From the NCBI GenBank assembly GCA_051313645.2, contig JBNRSN020000006.1:93992001-94056000 (forward strand): a DNA stretch of 64,000 nucleotides, in the 5' to 3' direction. Every line of letters starts with the position of its first letter. Positions within the stretch are counted from its first letter, which is position 1. The position numbers and the translations under genes were made by a program. Below the pieces are notes generated by a model. It saw only the letters and a program-made list of their open reading frames with translations. It was not told the DNA's origin and ran no database searches. The stretch is from Centroscyllium fabricii (taxonomy: Eukaryota). Below are positions 40,591 through 54,148 of the stretch, one piece after another.

Positions 40591-40595
40591 TTGAT

Positions 40596-41750
40596 TTAAT
40601 TTAATTTGAATTAATTAAAGGGTAAGTCGTGGCCGGAGAGCCCGGCCCCGTAGTGTGCTCCTCCTGCGCTATGTGGGAAATTAGATCATCAAAAGGTAGT
40701 AATCTCAGGATTGCTACCAGTTCCACGTGCTAGTCAGAGTAGAAATAGAAGGATATTTCAGATGAATACGTGGCTAGAGGAATGGTGCAGGGGTGGGGGG
40801 GGAAATTAAAATTGCTGGGACATTGGAACCAGTTCTAGGGGAGGTGGGACCAGTACAAACCAGACAGTTTGCACCTGGGCAGGGCCGGGACTGATGTCCT
40901 GGGGGAGTGTTTGCTAGTGCTCTGGGGGAGGGTTTAAACTAAAATGGCAGGGGGTTGGGAACCTGAGCAGGGAGACAGAGGAAAGAGAAAAAAGGATAAA
41001 AGCAAAAGACAGGAAGGAGAAAAACAAAAGTGGCAGTCAGAGAAATCAAAGGTTTAAATCAAACATGGCCACAGTAAATAATAATTCTAAATGGTCTAAG
41101 AGCGTTAAAAAAACAAGCCTGAAGGCTTTGTGTCTTAAGGTGGATGAATTAGCTGCGCAAATAGATGTAAACGGATATATGATTGAGATTACAGAAACGG
41201 GCCTCTGGCGTACCATCTACAGGGTGGCCAAGGCTGGGAACTCAACATCCAGGGGTATTCAATATTCAGGAAAGGTAGGCAAAAAGGAAAAGGATGTGGG
41301 ATAGCATTGCTGGTTAAAGAGGGGATTAACACAATTGTAAGGATATTAGCTCTGATGATGTGGAATCTATATGGGTAAACACAGGAACACAGAAGATAGG
41401 AGCAGGAGTAGGCCATTCGGCCCTTCGAGCCTCCTCTGCCATTTTCATGAGATCATGGCTGATCATCCAAACCCAGCACCCCCCTCCTACCCATATCCCC
41501 CGACAGAATTTGTTCATCCCAGTTTGGCATAAAAATAAAACAAACAAGGTGACTCAACCGTGGCTAACAAGGGAAATTAGGGATAGCATAAGATCCAAGG
41601 AGAAGACATATAAATTGGCCAGAAAAAGCAGTAAACCTGAGGATTGGGAGCAGTTTAGGATTCAACAAAGAAGGACAAAGGGATTCATTAAGAGGGGGAA
41701 ACTAGAAGTATGAGAGTAAGTTTGCAGGGAACATAAAAACTGACTGTAAA
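40596..41750 (+). mobile_element. CR1 LINE remnant (ORF1 end, deleted ORF2 start) with a small SINE tail inserted at ~41378-41505
   Basis: Closely resembles 31100-32590 (VDELAAQI, FIPVWHKNK..VTQPWLTREIRD). Confidence 0.85.
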
Positions 41751-41751
41751 A

Positions 41752-42895
41752 GCTGCTTTGTCTGGATGGTGTCGAGCTTCTCGAGTGTTGTTGGAGCTGC
41801 ACTTATCCAGGCAAGTGGAGTGTATTCCATCACACTCCAGGCTTGTAGATGGTGGAAAGGCTTTGGGGAATCAGGAGGTGAGATACCTGCCGCAGAATAC
41901 CCAGCCTCTGACCTAGTCTTGTAGCCACAGTATTCATGTGGCTGCTCGAGTTTCCCCAATTCCCATTAACTTCAATTTTACTAGGGCTCCTTGATGCCAT
42001 ACTCGATCAAATGCTGCCTTGATGTCATAGAGTCATAGAACTATACAGCACAGAAAGAGGCCCTTCAGCCCATCGTATCCGCGCCAGCCATCAAGCCCTG
42101 TCAAGGGCAGTCACTCTCACCTCACCTCTGGAATTCAGCTCTTTTGTCCATGTTGGACCAAGGCTGCAATGATGTCTGGAGTGGTCCTGGTGGAACCCAA
42201 ACTGAGCATCAGTGAGCAGGTTATTGGTGAGTAAGTGGCACTTGATAGCACTGTCGACAACATCGTCCATCACTTTGCTGATGACAGAGAGTAGACTGAT
42301 GGGGCAGTAATTGGCCGAATTGAATTTGATTTGTCCTGCTTTTTGTGGACAGGGCATACCTGGGCAGTTTTCCACATTGTCGTAGCTCTACTGGAATAGC
42401 TTGGCTATGTGGCTATTTCTGGAGCACAAGTCTTCAGCACGACAGCCGGGATGTTGTCGGGGCCAATAGCCTTTGCTGTATCCATTGCATTCAGCCATTT
42501 CTTGATATCATGCGGAGTGAATCGAGTTGGCTGAAGACTGGCTTCTGTGATGGTGGGAGCCTCAGGAGGTGGTCAATATGGATCATCCACTCGGCACTTC
42601 TGGCTGCAAATGTTTCAGCCTTGTCTTTTGCACTCGTGTGCTGGGCTCCTCCATCATTGAGGATGGGGATGTTCATGAAGCTTCCTCCTCCTGTTAGTTG
42701 TTTAATTGTTCACCACCATTCACGACTGGATGTGGCAGGACTGCAGAGCTTTGATCTGATCCATTGGTTGTGGAATTGCTTAGCTCTGTCTATAGCATGC
42801 TGCTTAGCATGCATATAGTCCTGTGTTGCAGCACCCCCAGGTTGGCACCTCATTTTTAGATATGCCTGATGCTGCTCCTGGCATGCTCTTCTATA
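41752..42895 (-). mobile_element. Non-LTR retrotransposon RT fragment, clade uncertain
   Basis: NYCPISLLSVISKVM..LLTDAQFGF, NIPILNDGGAQH; related pieces at ~9500-9655 and ~35303-35590. Confidence 0.7.
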
Positions 42896-43260
42896 CCAAA
42901 CCTAGATCTGTTACACTATGATACACAAACTTGTTACAGCTACTTACCACATCTAAACATGTTATACGTAGTCTACCATATCTAAATCTGTTCCTCTAAC
43001 ACTTAGGCCAGAATTTTTCCAGAATGGCGGGGAATTGGCGGTGATTGGTCGGGGCGGGTTTTGGCCCCGCCCGCTAAAGTGCCTGCGTTTCCCACGTTAT
43101 TTTAGCCTAAGTACCCAATTAAATCCCCGCCTGTGGGAAGCCTTCTCAATCACCGATTTCCAGTTAAAAAGTCGCAGAATATGACGTCAGCATTCCCGTT
43201 TCTTTTAATGAACACGGCTCGCCTCCCGCTCTCCTCAGCATTCTGCAAGCCTTCAGCAGG

Positions 43261-45250
43261 ATGGTAGAGTGTGAGGGTGCTGCATCGGGCAGCGTGAGGG
43301 GATGACCCGCCCCCAAATTTGATGATGCCTCCCTCGATGCATTAGTCAAGGGGGCAATGACCCATAGGGAGGTTCTCTTCCCCTCCTCAAGGAGGAAGAG
43401 ACCTCCCTCCCAGACCAAGGCTGCTTGGCTGCAGGTGGCTGAGGGGGTCAGCTCCTTGGGCACAACAGCCCGGTCCTGGCTCCAGTGTCGGAAGAGATTC
43501 CATGACCTGCACCGCACTGCGAAAGTAAGTATTCATTTCCCATCACCCTCAATCTGATCCCCCTCACCTCTCCTCACCAGCACTTAGCTTCACCACTCCC
43601 TTCCTCCACATCCCACTTCCCCATCACATCCAAGCAACCTTACCCATTCCCTCTCTCTCTCTATGCTTACAATCACAGTCCTTTTCTACTATGCAGCCCT
43701 CACACTGCCTCTCACTCTCATGCTTGCAGCACATCTGGCACCACACGGAGAGGCTTTGGGCTTGCAGGCTTACTCCATCTTTCTCTCCCTCCAACTAACT
43801 TTGCTGGTCACTCGATGCACCAACTCCTTCCTTCTCACTCAACCTCCACTTCTCTCCCTCATTGCAGGAAAAAACATCCGCCAACAAGCGGCAGAGAGCC
43901 GGGACCGGAGGAGGACCCCCCACCATCCTGCAGCTGAGCACCTGGGAGGAGGCAGTCCTTGATCTCGTAGGGGAGGGGCAAGCCCTGGGAGTGGGTGATG
44001 GCGAGACAGGCATGGAATCGCAAGTTGGTGACAGCATGGTTTCATATCTCTCTAACAGCCAACATATGAGACTGGCACAATGAATATAAAAGCACTGCAG
44101 ATGCACTTCTGTTCAGCTCCTGAATGCTATCTCTATGTAACCTTGCTGACATATCTCTAACCTCTTCCTTTACAGCCCCACAGGACCAGCCGCACGCGGC
44201 CGGACGAGTGCTGCTGAAGACGAGCCGGCCCCTGTACAGTCCTCAGAGGAGGCTGCCACCTCTGAGGGCGCACCGTCAGCAGCACAGACACCACCCGGCA
44301 GCAGCGCAGATACTAGCACCTCGGTGGGCCCCTCTAGAGATAGATCTGCATTGTCACCGGGTGATTCAGAAAGCACAAGTGAGCCTCAGCAGATTGTGGA
44401 GACAGGGACAGCATTGCAGAGTCCTAGTCGGAGGGCGCAGGACTCTGCCAGCTTAGCTGAGCTGCATGTCGACCCTGTGCCTCTGGATCCATCAGGCAGA
44501 GGACAGATGTTGGGACTCCAGACACAGATGCAGGTGTCTCTGACAGGTTTTGTCTCCGAGGTAGCTGCGAGTGTCAAGCGAATGGAGGAGTCCGTTGCGA
44601 GCATGAGGAGCTCCTTTGCGGAGTCAGTGGCGCATGATCGCATCATCATGGCAAGGATGGCAACGTCCATGGAAAGGATAGCGACCGTGGACGAAAGGAT
44701 GGCAACGGCCATCGAGCACATAAGTCGCCAGTGTTTCGAAGACATGGGGAGTGTTCAGAATAGAGTCACATCTCTTGAGGAGCGAGTGGCATCTATTGAG
44801 CACAGGAACCAGACCTTCATGGAAGTCCTTCTCAGTTGGGCTTCCAGTGCAGATACAGGTCCCCATGGCCCCCCTGAAGTGCAGCAAGGTGCTGTCCAGC
44901 CACTTGCTGGCACTGAGATGGAGTTGACCCATGAGAGGGAGGTTGGTGGAACAGCTGCAGGAATTGGGGGCTCCTCTCCAAGCGCTACCACGTCCACACC
45001 ACTGCAGAGCCCTCGGTCAGAGGCCCGCTGGAGTCCCAATCCACCTGAGATGGAAGTCTCATACCCTGCCCAGCCGCAGGAGCAGCAGACTGGTGGCGAG
45101 CCCTCACAGGCTCGCCGCCCCAGAGGACGACCGCCAAAGGTCTCCACACAGGAGCAGCAGGGAACTAAGCAGGGGACCTCCACATCTGCTGACACCACAG
45201 GGCCAGCACCACGTAGGAGCACTCGTAAGAGAACAGTTAAGCACCGTTAG
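43261..45250 (+). pseudogene. Harbinger Myb/SANT-like protein, 3 exons (43261-43524, 43868-44027, 44184-45250), ~496 codons
   Basis: Exon phases (0 and 1) join in frame; one early stop at 43303-43305 (CGA in copy 1); trihelix-like N-terminus, TGGGPP linker, heptad region, AT-hook. Confidence 0.85.
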
Positions 45251-46687
45251 GCCCAAGGGGAGTCACTTGGGTGATAGGATAGCAGAGATTTAGGGTTCCA
45301 TTCCGCTGGTCACACAGCAGACAAGTCAGGGTGGCACCTGATGCAGTTGTCATGTCTGCCATCTCGCGAATGGCCCTTCCACATTGATGCCTTATGCAGG
45401 CTGACCAACAATCGGCCAGGCTTCACAGATATGCAATGATGCAGGCGCAAGCTGGCAGAAGGACTTACAGAAAGACACATGAGGTTCAATAACAGACAGT
45501 AGGTCCATGGTGAAGGGTGAAGGTCCTTGAAATCGGCCTACCTGAACGGTTACGCAGACCAGCGAGCAGAACGACTGTGGAAACAATGCATGCTGGAATC
45601 GAGCACCAACCGAACTGCAGTAAACTCCTGATGATGAATGACCAGCAGGAAACAAGCCTCACGGCTGAACGACTAAACAACTAAACTGAACAGGGATGGA
45701 GGTAGGCAATGAACAAATGGGCCAACTGGCCAAAGTACCCACGCATCCAACATTATGTTGCTGCAGCTGGCCCCCCACAGCACCTGACCCTCATAGAATG
45801 GCCAATGAGCCATGGTGCCAGCATGCCTCACGTCTCAGAACTCCACCGTCAGGAGGTGGGTGCAGGCCCACCACAAAGGTTCGTGCACCGTGTGCCACAT
45901 CTCCTGGCGCATGTTGGGATGCGCAGCCCTGAAGCACCTCCAGGACAGCCTGCAGCACATCAACCCCAGCCACATCAGCATTCTTGCCAGCGTTGCCATT
46001 ACTGAACGATACATGATTGAGGTAGGCACCGCTTCACAAGATCGCGGTGACGACGTCAGATGGTTGCTTACTTTGGAGCCGCTGGTGAAGACCCACAAAT
46101 TCGCTGGAAACCCCACAGCAGAAGACGATGGTTGCTCTGAATTTGTGGCGCACTTGAAAAGGGAGGGGCACCACGTGAGGGTGCTAGACCCTGAGGGACA
46201 ATGGAAATGAACTTGCAATCTCAAAACTGGACTGGCCGAGGTTCTGCATTGCTGATAATGACTTTTTGAGCTTTGAAAGCTGCATGTATGTAGGTGAAAT
46301 GGCTGGGACAGCATTAATGCAGTGATTGATAAGTGCTGGTCCTCACTGGAACAACCATTAATGTGGCCATGGTTGTTTAATGTCATTATTAAACTGCATG
46401 TTACAGTTGCAACCTTTATTGTTTCTGGGTTCATTATTGCATGTGATGGATGGATGGATGGGAACATGAGCATAACTGAAATGTCTGGGGCGTCAGGGGA
46501 CTGGGTGCATGCACGAGCGCTGAAGGCAGTCAGAGGCAATTGGCAGCCCCACAAGCCCACCCCCCCACACACAGATGTTGCTGCAGTAGTGGGGCTCATG
46601 CAGGTATGAGCTATGGAACTGATTGGAGTGTGGCAGTGAGGATGCGCTGTTAGGATGGAGAGAGTAGCAGAAGCTGCCTTGAGTAGG

Positions 46688-47977
46688 CTAAGCAAATATT
46701 GCAAGGATGAGCTTGTTACTTGCTTGCCGGCCAGCAATGTTCTCGCCTAATGGTGGCGGTGGCTGGTGTCGAGCTGCAGCCACCCCGTCTTCTTCCTTCT
46801 CCTGCTCCTCTTCTTCGTCCTCCTCCTCTTCCTCCTCCTGTTCCTCCTCCTCCTCATCTGAGGATGGTATGCGTTGAGCCAGGTCTTGATCAGGAATTTG
46901 CAAGCCACGACGCTGGGCCATGTTGTGAAGTTGACAGCAAACCACTACCATTCTGGAGACCGTGGCTAGTGAGTCTTGCAGGGCTCCACCTGATCTGTCC
47001 AAGCATCTGAAACGCATCTTGAGCAAGCCGATGGTGTGCTCTATAATGCTTCTGGTGGAGATGTGTGTGGAGTTGTAGTTCTCCTCAGCCTCATTAGCTG
47101 GCCTCCTGACCGGCGTCAGGAGCCAGCTCCTGAGGGGATAGCCCTTATCTCCAAGTAGCCATCCCGGAAGCTCGTCCGGCAGAGTGAAGAGCGTAGGCAA
47201 GGTTGATTGGCGCAGGACGAAGGAGTCATGGCAGCTGCCAGGGTACCTGGCACACACATGCAAAATCTCCTTGTTGTGGTCACACACCAGTTGAACATTG
47301 AGCGAATGGAAACCCTTGCGGTTGAGAAATGCAACTGGGTTGTCGGTGGGTGCCCTAAGGGCCATGTGTGCAGTCAATGATGCCCTGCACCCTTGGGAAG
47401 CCTGCCAGACGAGCTATTCCAGTCGCTCGGGCCGTTACACTTTACGATCCCTGGTGAAATGGATGAAATTTTGGGCGAGGACAAAGAGGGCATCGGTTAC
47501 CTGGGTGATGCAGGAGTGTGCGTCCGACTGGGAGATTCCGTTGATGTCTGCTGATGATCCCTGGAATGAGCCAGAGGCAAAGAAGAGTGCGATGGTGACT
47601 TTGAGGGCCACTGGTAAGGCATATCTACCTGGTGTGCTGGGCTCCAGCTCTTGCTGCAGCATGGCGCAGATGTCTCGGACTGCCTCTCGGGAGAGTTGGA
47701 GCCGTCTTTGGCAACGCCGCTCACTCATGTTGAGGTAGGTGGCTCTGACTCTGTAGACTCTGTTTGGGGAGTATCTTGTACGGCGACGGCCTTCGATGCG
47801 CGAATGCCTTCTGGGCCGTCCTGCCTCCGAAGGGTCCGCAGGCGTGTCTGGCTCCTGGTGTGGCTGCCGCTGGTGAGGTGGCTCCTGGTGTGGCTGCTGC
47901 TGTTGCTGCTGCAGCCGTAACTGCTCCTGCTGGAGATCCTGTAATCCCAAGAAGGGAAGGAAGAAAATGGCTCCCAT
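46688..47977 (-). pseudogene. Harbinger (HARBI1-like) DDE transposase with frameshifts near 47370-47440
   Basis: [65 protein letters not shown], acidic tail. Confidence 0.93.
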
Positions 47978-48627
47978 GGCTGTGCTGCCAGCCACGGCTG
48001 AGGAAGCACTGACTGAGGGGGGGAAGTGAGAGGGCTTTCCCAGGTCACACTGCATAAGTGTTTGAGGATGCAACCTTCCACAGGTATGCTGAAGCCTGTT
48101 GCAAGTATCCCCAGGACTGAGACAACAATGTGGTTGCGAATGCCAATGATGGCTGATTAAATGTGAGCCTTCAATGAGTGACCGGCCACAGATACTCAGC
48201 AATCCGAGTGAGTTCCCACAAGGGTTTCACCTGACGGGGTTTAGGATGGCGGGGTTTGTGCGCGAGACAGCTGAAAATGGCTAAGAGCCCTTAAAATGGC
48301 ATTGCAGATGGCAATTAAGGCCCTAAACGACCTCAACAACCATCCCCGCTGGTCGCCGGCGGGAAAGATTCGGGGCGGGAAAAAAGGCCGCCCAAAAATT
48401 GAAAACCGGCGGGGAATGGACGGGAACCAAAATTTTGCGATTTTCACCTCACGGCCGCCCAAAACCCCGCCTGACGGGGACATCAAAATTCCCCCCTTAA
48501 TGTCTCTCTGAAGGTTCTGAACCGGTTTTCTGTTTCACATGACATTGTGCCTGGTTCGTGTTGTTTACCATTCACGTGCACCGTGTAAGATTTGTTTTGG
48601 ACATGTGGCCGACTTTTTAACCATTAA

Positions 48628-50420
48628 GTTCAAGTTTACTTTATTTGTCACATACATCATTATACATGTACAAAGTGCAGTGAAATGCTTAGTCGCAAGC
48701 TCCATGTCTGTGTTCTCCGGATAACAATAAATAGAAAAAGTAAATGAACAATTATAAGAAAAGGCATTCAATTGTCAGTATGCTGACCCTTGGCAGCGTC
48801 TTCATTTAGGATCGGAAGGCTTGGGGGGGGGGGGAAAAAGCTCCTCCTAAGCCTCTCTGTGTTTGTCTTAATGCTGCGGCAGCGTTTTCCTGACCGCAGC
48901 AGTGTGAAGAGGCAGTTGTTCGGGTGACTAGGATCCTTAATGACCTTCTTAGCCTTAGTCATGCACCACCTGGTGTAGATATCCTGCAGGTTAGGGAGTG
49001 CACCCCCTGTGGTACGTTCTGCCGTCCGTACTACCCTCTGCAGGGCCCTATGGTCTTGTTTAGTGCTGTTGCCATACCAGGCGGTGATGCTCCCCGACAG
49101 GATACTCTCAATAGTACATTTGTAAAAGTTGTTTAGTATTTGGGGGGACATTCTAAATTTCCTCAGGCTTCTGAGATGGTAAAGACGCTGCCGCGCCTTC
49201 TTCACCATGGTGTCTATGTGAAGGGACCATGTCAGGTCATCAGAAAGATGGATTCCGAGGTATCTGAAATTACTCACCCTCTCTACTGGGGTTCTATCGA
49301 TCGTGAGAGAGTTATAGTACCTCTCCTGCTTCTTCGCCAAGTCCACTATCAGCTTCTTAGTCTTGCTGACGTTCAAGAAGAGGTTGTTGTCCTGGCACCA
49401 CAGTGACAGGTTCTCCATTTCCTTCAGGTAGGCCTTCTCGTCGTTGTTGGTGATCAGGCCCACTACAACTGCATCGTCAGCAAACTTGACGATGGTGTTG
49501 GAGTCATGCGTGGCCACAGTCGTGTGTGTACAGGGAATACAGGAGGGGACTCAGGACACAGCCTTGGGAGGCCCCCGTATTGAGGATGATGGTCGATGAG
49601 GTGTAGCCGCCTACCTTCACCACCTGGAGTCTACCTGTCAGGAAGTCGAGGATCCAGTTACACAGGGAGCTGTGCAGTCCCAGGTCCCTGAGCATAGTGC
49701 CGAGCTTGGAGGGGACTATGGTGGTGAAAGCTGAACTATAGTCAAGGAACAGCATCCTCACATAGTTCCCCTTTCTGTTGTCCAGGTGGGATAGGGCGAT
49801 ATGCATGACGTGTGCGATGGCATCGCCCGTGGATCTATTGGGGCGGTAGGCAAACTGCAGTGGATCCAGGGTGCCGGATAGAGAGGAACAGATATAATCT
49901 TTGATTAGCCTCTCAAAGCACTTCATGGCAGCAGAGGTGAGTGCTACAGGGTGATGATCATTCAGGCAGGCTGGGTGTGCTTTCTTGGGCACAGGGACTA
50001 TAGTGGTCATTTTAAAACATGTAGGTATAATGGACTGGGTCAGGGATAGATTGAATATCATCGTGAACACTGGCGCCAGCTGGTCAGCGCAGGCCTTGAG
50101 GACGTACCCGGGAATACCGTCCGGTCCTGCTGCCTTCCGGGTGTTCACCCTACTAAAGGTTCTCCTCACTTCCTGTTCTGAAATTGTGAGCGTACACTCT
50201 TCTCCGGCTGGTGCTTTCGCTTCAGATGTTTCATTGACCTCGAAGCGTGCATAAAAGGAGTTTAGTTCTTCTGCCAGAGAGGCGTTGATGCTCGTCATGG
50301 TGGAGGGTTTCCCTTTATGATCTGTGATTGAACTTAATCCTTGCCACATGCGTCTTGTGTCAGACTGTTGGAATTGGGCATCCACTTTATCCCTGTACCG
50401 TCGCTTTGCCTCCTGTCTTG
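48628..50420 (-). mobile_element. Rex1/Babar non-LTR retrotransposon, 5'-truncated
   Basis: KAAGPDGIPG, LDPLQFAYRPNRST.DAI, YVRMLFLDYSSAF, KFADD, KKARQRLYHLRSLRKF; aataaagt(aaacttg)n tail. Confidence 0.9.
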
Positions 50421-51157
50421 ATTACTTTGACACAGTTGAATCAGGAATTTGCAACTTCTGGCTTTACAAATGTTTTACATTGGGTAACTGGTGTATTCCT
50501 TCGCTTTGATTGTATATTTCCATTACAGTTTTCACAATTCACTATAGATTTTTGTCTTCCTTACTGTGTTTTGCGATACATGGCCCTTCCAGGATTCATG
50601 TTTTGAGGATATACAGGAGAAAGTTTTCCACGACACCTTTGTTCATTTTCAGATTTTACTTTTAGTGCATTCCAGACTTCCCTAATAAGTACGCTGTTAA
50701 AATATTTACATTTCTAGCTTCATTAGTTTAGCTTTTGAGCAAACCTTGCAGTTTTACTTACTCAATTGCTCTACCCACAAGACTCTTTAGTACTGGGGCA
50801 AGGAAGCCTTAGTGTAAATAGTTGTCTGCTCGGTGTTTTTCTGTACTGTCTGGATTGCATCATTTTGCTTTCCAATGGTTAATGTGCCAAGAGTTTTTTC
50901 ATGTTTTCATATTTCCCCTTCCAATTTGATATTTTTGGACTTATTCTCATTAGACAAAAATGTTCTAGGTGGTTGACATGCTAAACTAAAATCAGACATT
51001 TCTGTAAACATTTAAGCTGTATATCTGGCCACCTTATGGTGAAAACCGTAACCTTCAGACACTTGGCTTGTTCATGAAAATTCCTGCCTCCCCAGGGCGA
51101 CCAGATTTGTAAGCTTCAGCTGACCTACTGTAATATTAACCCTATACAACTAAAATA

Positions 51158-54148
51158 GAGTCATAATGGCACAGAAGGAGGCCATTCGGCCAATCGAGTC
51201 CATGCTGGCTCTATGTAGAGCAATCCAGTCAGTCCTATTCCCCCGCTCTATCCCCATGGCCCTGCAATTTTATTTCCCTCAAGTTACTGTCCAGTCTCCC
51301 CTGGAAAACATTAAGTGTCTCCACTTCTACCACTTCCGTCGACAGCGAGTTCCAGGTCCTCACCACTTGCTGCGTAAAAAGGTTTTCCCTCACATCCCCC
51401 CTATATCTCTTGCCCAAAACCTTAAATCTGTGTCCCCTAGTCCTTGAACCATCAACTAGTGGGAACAGCCTTTCCCCGTCTAGCCTATCCAAACCTGTCA
51501 TAATCTTGTACACCTATATCAAATCAGCCCTCAAACCTCCTTTGCTCTAATGAAAACAAGTCCAGCTTCTCCAACCTGTCCTTGCAGCTAAGATCCCCCA
51601 ACCCCAGAAGCATTCTGGTAAATCTCCTCTGCACCCTCTCAAGGGCCTTTACATCGTTCCTAAAGTGTGGTGACCAGAACTGGATGCAAAACTCAAGTTG
51701 TGGCCTAACCAGCACTTTATTCAGCATAACTTCTCTGCTTTTGTACTCAATATCTGTATTTATGAAGCCCAAGATCCCATATGCTTTGTTAACCACTCTC
51801 AATATGTCCTGCCAACTTCAGGGACCTATGCATATTAACTCCCAGGTCCCTCTGTCCCTGTACACTCTTCAAAATTGTGCCATCAAGTGTATATTGCCTC
51901 TCCCCGTTCCTTCTGCCAAAATGCATCACCTCACACTTCCCTGTATTAAATTCTATCTGCCACTTTTCTGCCCATTCTGCTATGTCCTGTTGCAGTCGAC
52001 TGATAGCATCACTGTTTACCACACCCCCAAGTTTGTTGTCATCTGCAAATTTAGAAATTCTTCTTTATTCCAATATCTAGGTCATTTATATATAATCAAA
52101 CAAAGCAGTGGCCCCAGCGCTGACCCTTGAGGAACACCACTGTCTACCATCCTCCAGTCTGAAAAACAATCATTTACCACAGCTCGTCGTTTTCTGTCCT
52201 TAAACCAATTCCTTATCCAAGCTGCCACTGATCTACCTATTCCATGAGCCTCAATTTTGTTAACCAGCCTTCTATATGGTACTTTGTCAAATGCCTTCTG
52301 TGTTGATAACATCCATTACATTCCCTTCATCAATCCTCTGTTACTTCATCAAAAAAGTCAATCAGATTAGTCAAACAAGATCTGCCTTTTACAAACCAGT
52401 GTTGACTCTCCTTAATTAGCTTAAACCTCTCCAAATGCCCATTAATTATTTCCTTTGTTATTGTTTCTAAAACTTTACCCACCATTGATGTTAAACTGAC
52501 AGGCCTGAAGTTACTAGGATTGTCCTTATTCCCTTTTTTGAAAAATGTTGTCATATTTGCCACTTTCCAATCCTCAGGCACCTCCACCACATCTAGGGAA
52601 GACTGGAAAATTATGGCAAGCCTTTCCGCCATCTCCTCCCCAATTCCCTTAGCAACCTGGAATGCAAGCCATCAGAACCAGCCGACTTGTCCACTCTAAG
52701 CATACCTAGTCTATTAATTTTCACCCCTTCCATTACTTCTACCCTTTCCACTTCTACCGATATTTTGTCAGCATCCACCTCCTTAGTAAACACAGATACA
52801 AAATACTAATTGACTATTCTAGCCTTGCCCTGTGCCTCTAAGCATACATTCACCTTCTTTGGGGGGGATTTTGCCGGAAGTGCGGGAACCTGGCGGGGAT
52901 TGGGCTGGGCGGGTTCCTGCCCCGCCTGGCCAAAGACCTGGGAAGCCCACGCAATTCTAATTTAATTGAGTTGTTAAATCCCCGCCGGCGGCAGTGGGTG
53001 GTAATTGACTCAATCGAGTCAGGCTGCAGCGGGGCTGCGAGGAGCTTGATTGACAGTTCCAGCACTGGTTGACAGTTTCCATGGAAACACTCCACTGTGA
53101 CATCACAGTTGAGTGGAACCAATGGGAAAGGTCAAGTGCTGGTGACTGACAGGTGGGCAGGCGGGCTCCGAATCCTTGACAGCTCGCACCGGCTGTGAGG
53201 AAATGTGCAAAGTCTCAGTTTTTGGCCACAGCTGGCGCAGCCACCACGGTGCTGGAGGCATGCCAAGCATTTGGCAGCATGTCATTCACACCTTGAAGGA
53301 GAAAGTAATGACCAGCGCTGTGCTCCCGCTGGGTTTCACCCAGCGAGGTTTAAGGTGACAGGGTGAGGGTGGGAAACGGCTCAAAATGGCTGAGGGCGCT
53401 TAAAATGGCATTAAACATGCCAATTAAGGACCCTTAATGAGGTGACCACCCATCCCCGCCGGCTGCAAGGTTTCGGGGCGGGGGAAAATGATAAAGCGCC
53501 GGGGATCCAGCGGCGGGCGGGGGGGGGGGGGTCGCGACCCACTAGTTGCGCTATTTTGCCGGCCGAGCCGCCAAAAACACCGCCTCACGGGGACATGAAA
53601 TTACACCCCTTTGTCTTTAATACGCCACACCCCGCCTCTTATTACCTGCTCACTGTTTACATGCCGGTGGAAGACTTTTGGGTTCCCTTTTTTGTTAACC
53701 GCCATTCTCCTCACATATTCTTTCTTTGCCAATCTTATTTGCAACTTCACATCCTCCCTCAACTTATTGTATTTAGTCTGGTTCTCCCTTGAATAATTCA
53801 CCTTACATGCATCATACACCCTCTTTTTTGTTTCCTCATCTTCTTCATCTCCCTCATCATCCAAGGAGCCCTTACACTTCCCTCTTGTTGGAATGTACCT
53901 AGCCTGTACTTGCAACATCTCCTCCTTAAAGATCACCCTTGTTCCGTCACAATTTTCCCTGTCAGTCTTTGGTTCCATTTTACCCTGGCTAGATCCTTTC
54001 ACATTCCACTGAAGTTAGCCCTATTCCAGTTTAGATTGTTCCTTGCTCCTCTCCATTGCTAATCTAAATCTTATGATACAATGATCACTCTTACGATCAC
54101 TCTTACCCAAGTGTTCACCCACAGACACTTGGTCGACCTGGCCTACCT
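51158..54148 (-). mobile_element. Degenerate CR1 LINE ORF2, interrupted by a MITE
   Basis: Successive CR1 RT motifs in ORFs 51235-52793 and 53601-54002; the same element probably continues at 56180-57660 and 62093-62460. Confidence 0.85.
52861..53609. mobile_element. Non-autonomous Harbinger-type MITE (~750 bp)
   Basis: Termini GGGGGGGATTTT / AAATTACACCCC; TTT TSD; right subterminal region (ggcattaaa..gccaattaagg.cccttaatga; cgcct.acggggacat.aaa) shared with both Harbinger copies. Confidence 0.75.

Larger units (their letters stand above)
43006..48496. mobile_element. PIF/Harbinger DNA transposon copy 2 (near complete)
   Basis: TIRs GGCCAGAATTTT / AAAATTCCCCCC; canonical TTA TSD (43003-43005, 48497-48499); two convergent genes. 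Confidence 0.95.

Noticed and set aside
45835-46737. 300-aa minus-strand ORF downstream of the transposase
   Set aside because: No recognisable domain, low-information composition, and broken into pieces in copy 1; only the sub-region reported as a finding shows codon-like divergence.
46688-47977. Domesticated host HARBI1 gene
   Set aside because: It has TIRs, a TSD, a second copy nearby and frameshifts, so it is a transposon copy.
50420-51130. Purine-rich minus-strand tract after an AG that looked like an extra exon
   Set aside because: The frames I tried contain stops and no recognisable motif, and the receptor's GS and kinase exons already join in phase without it.
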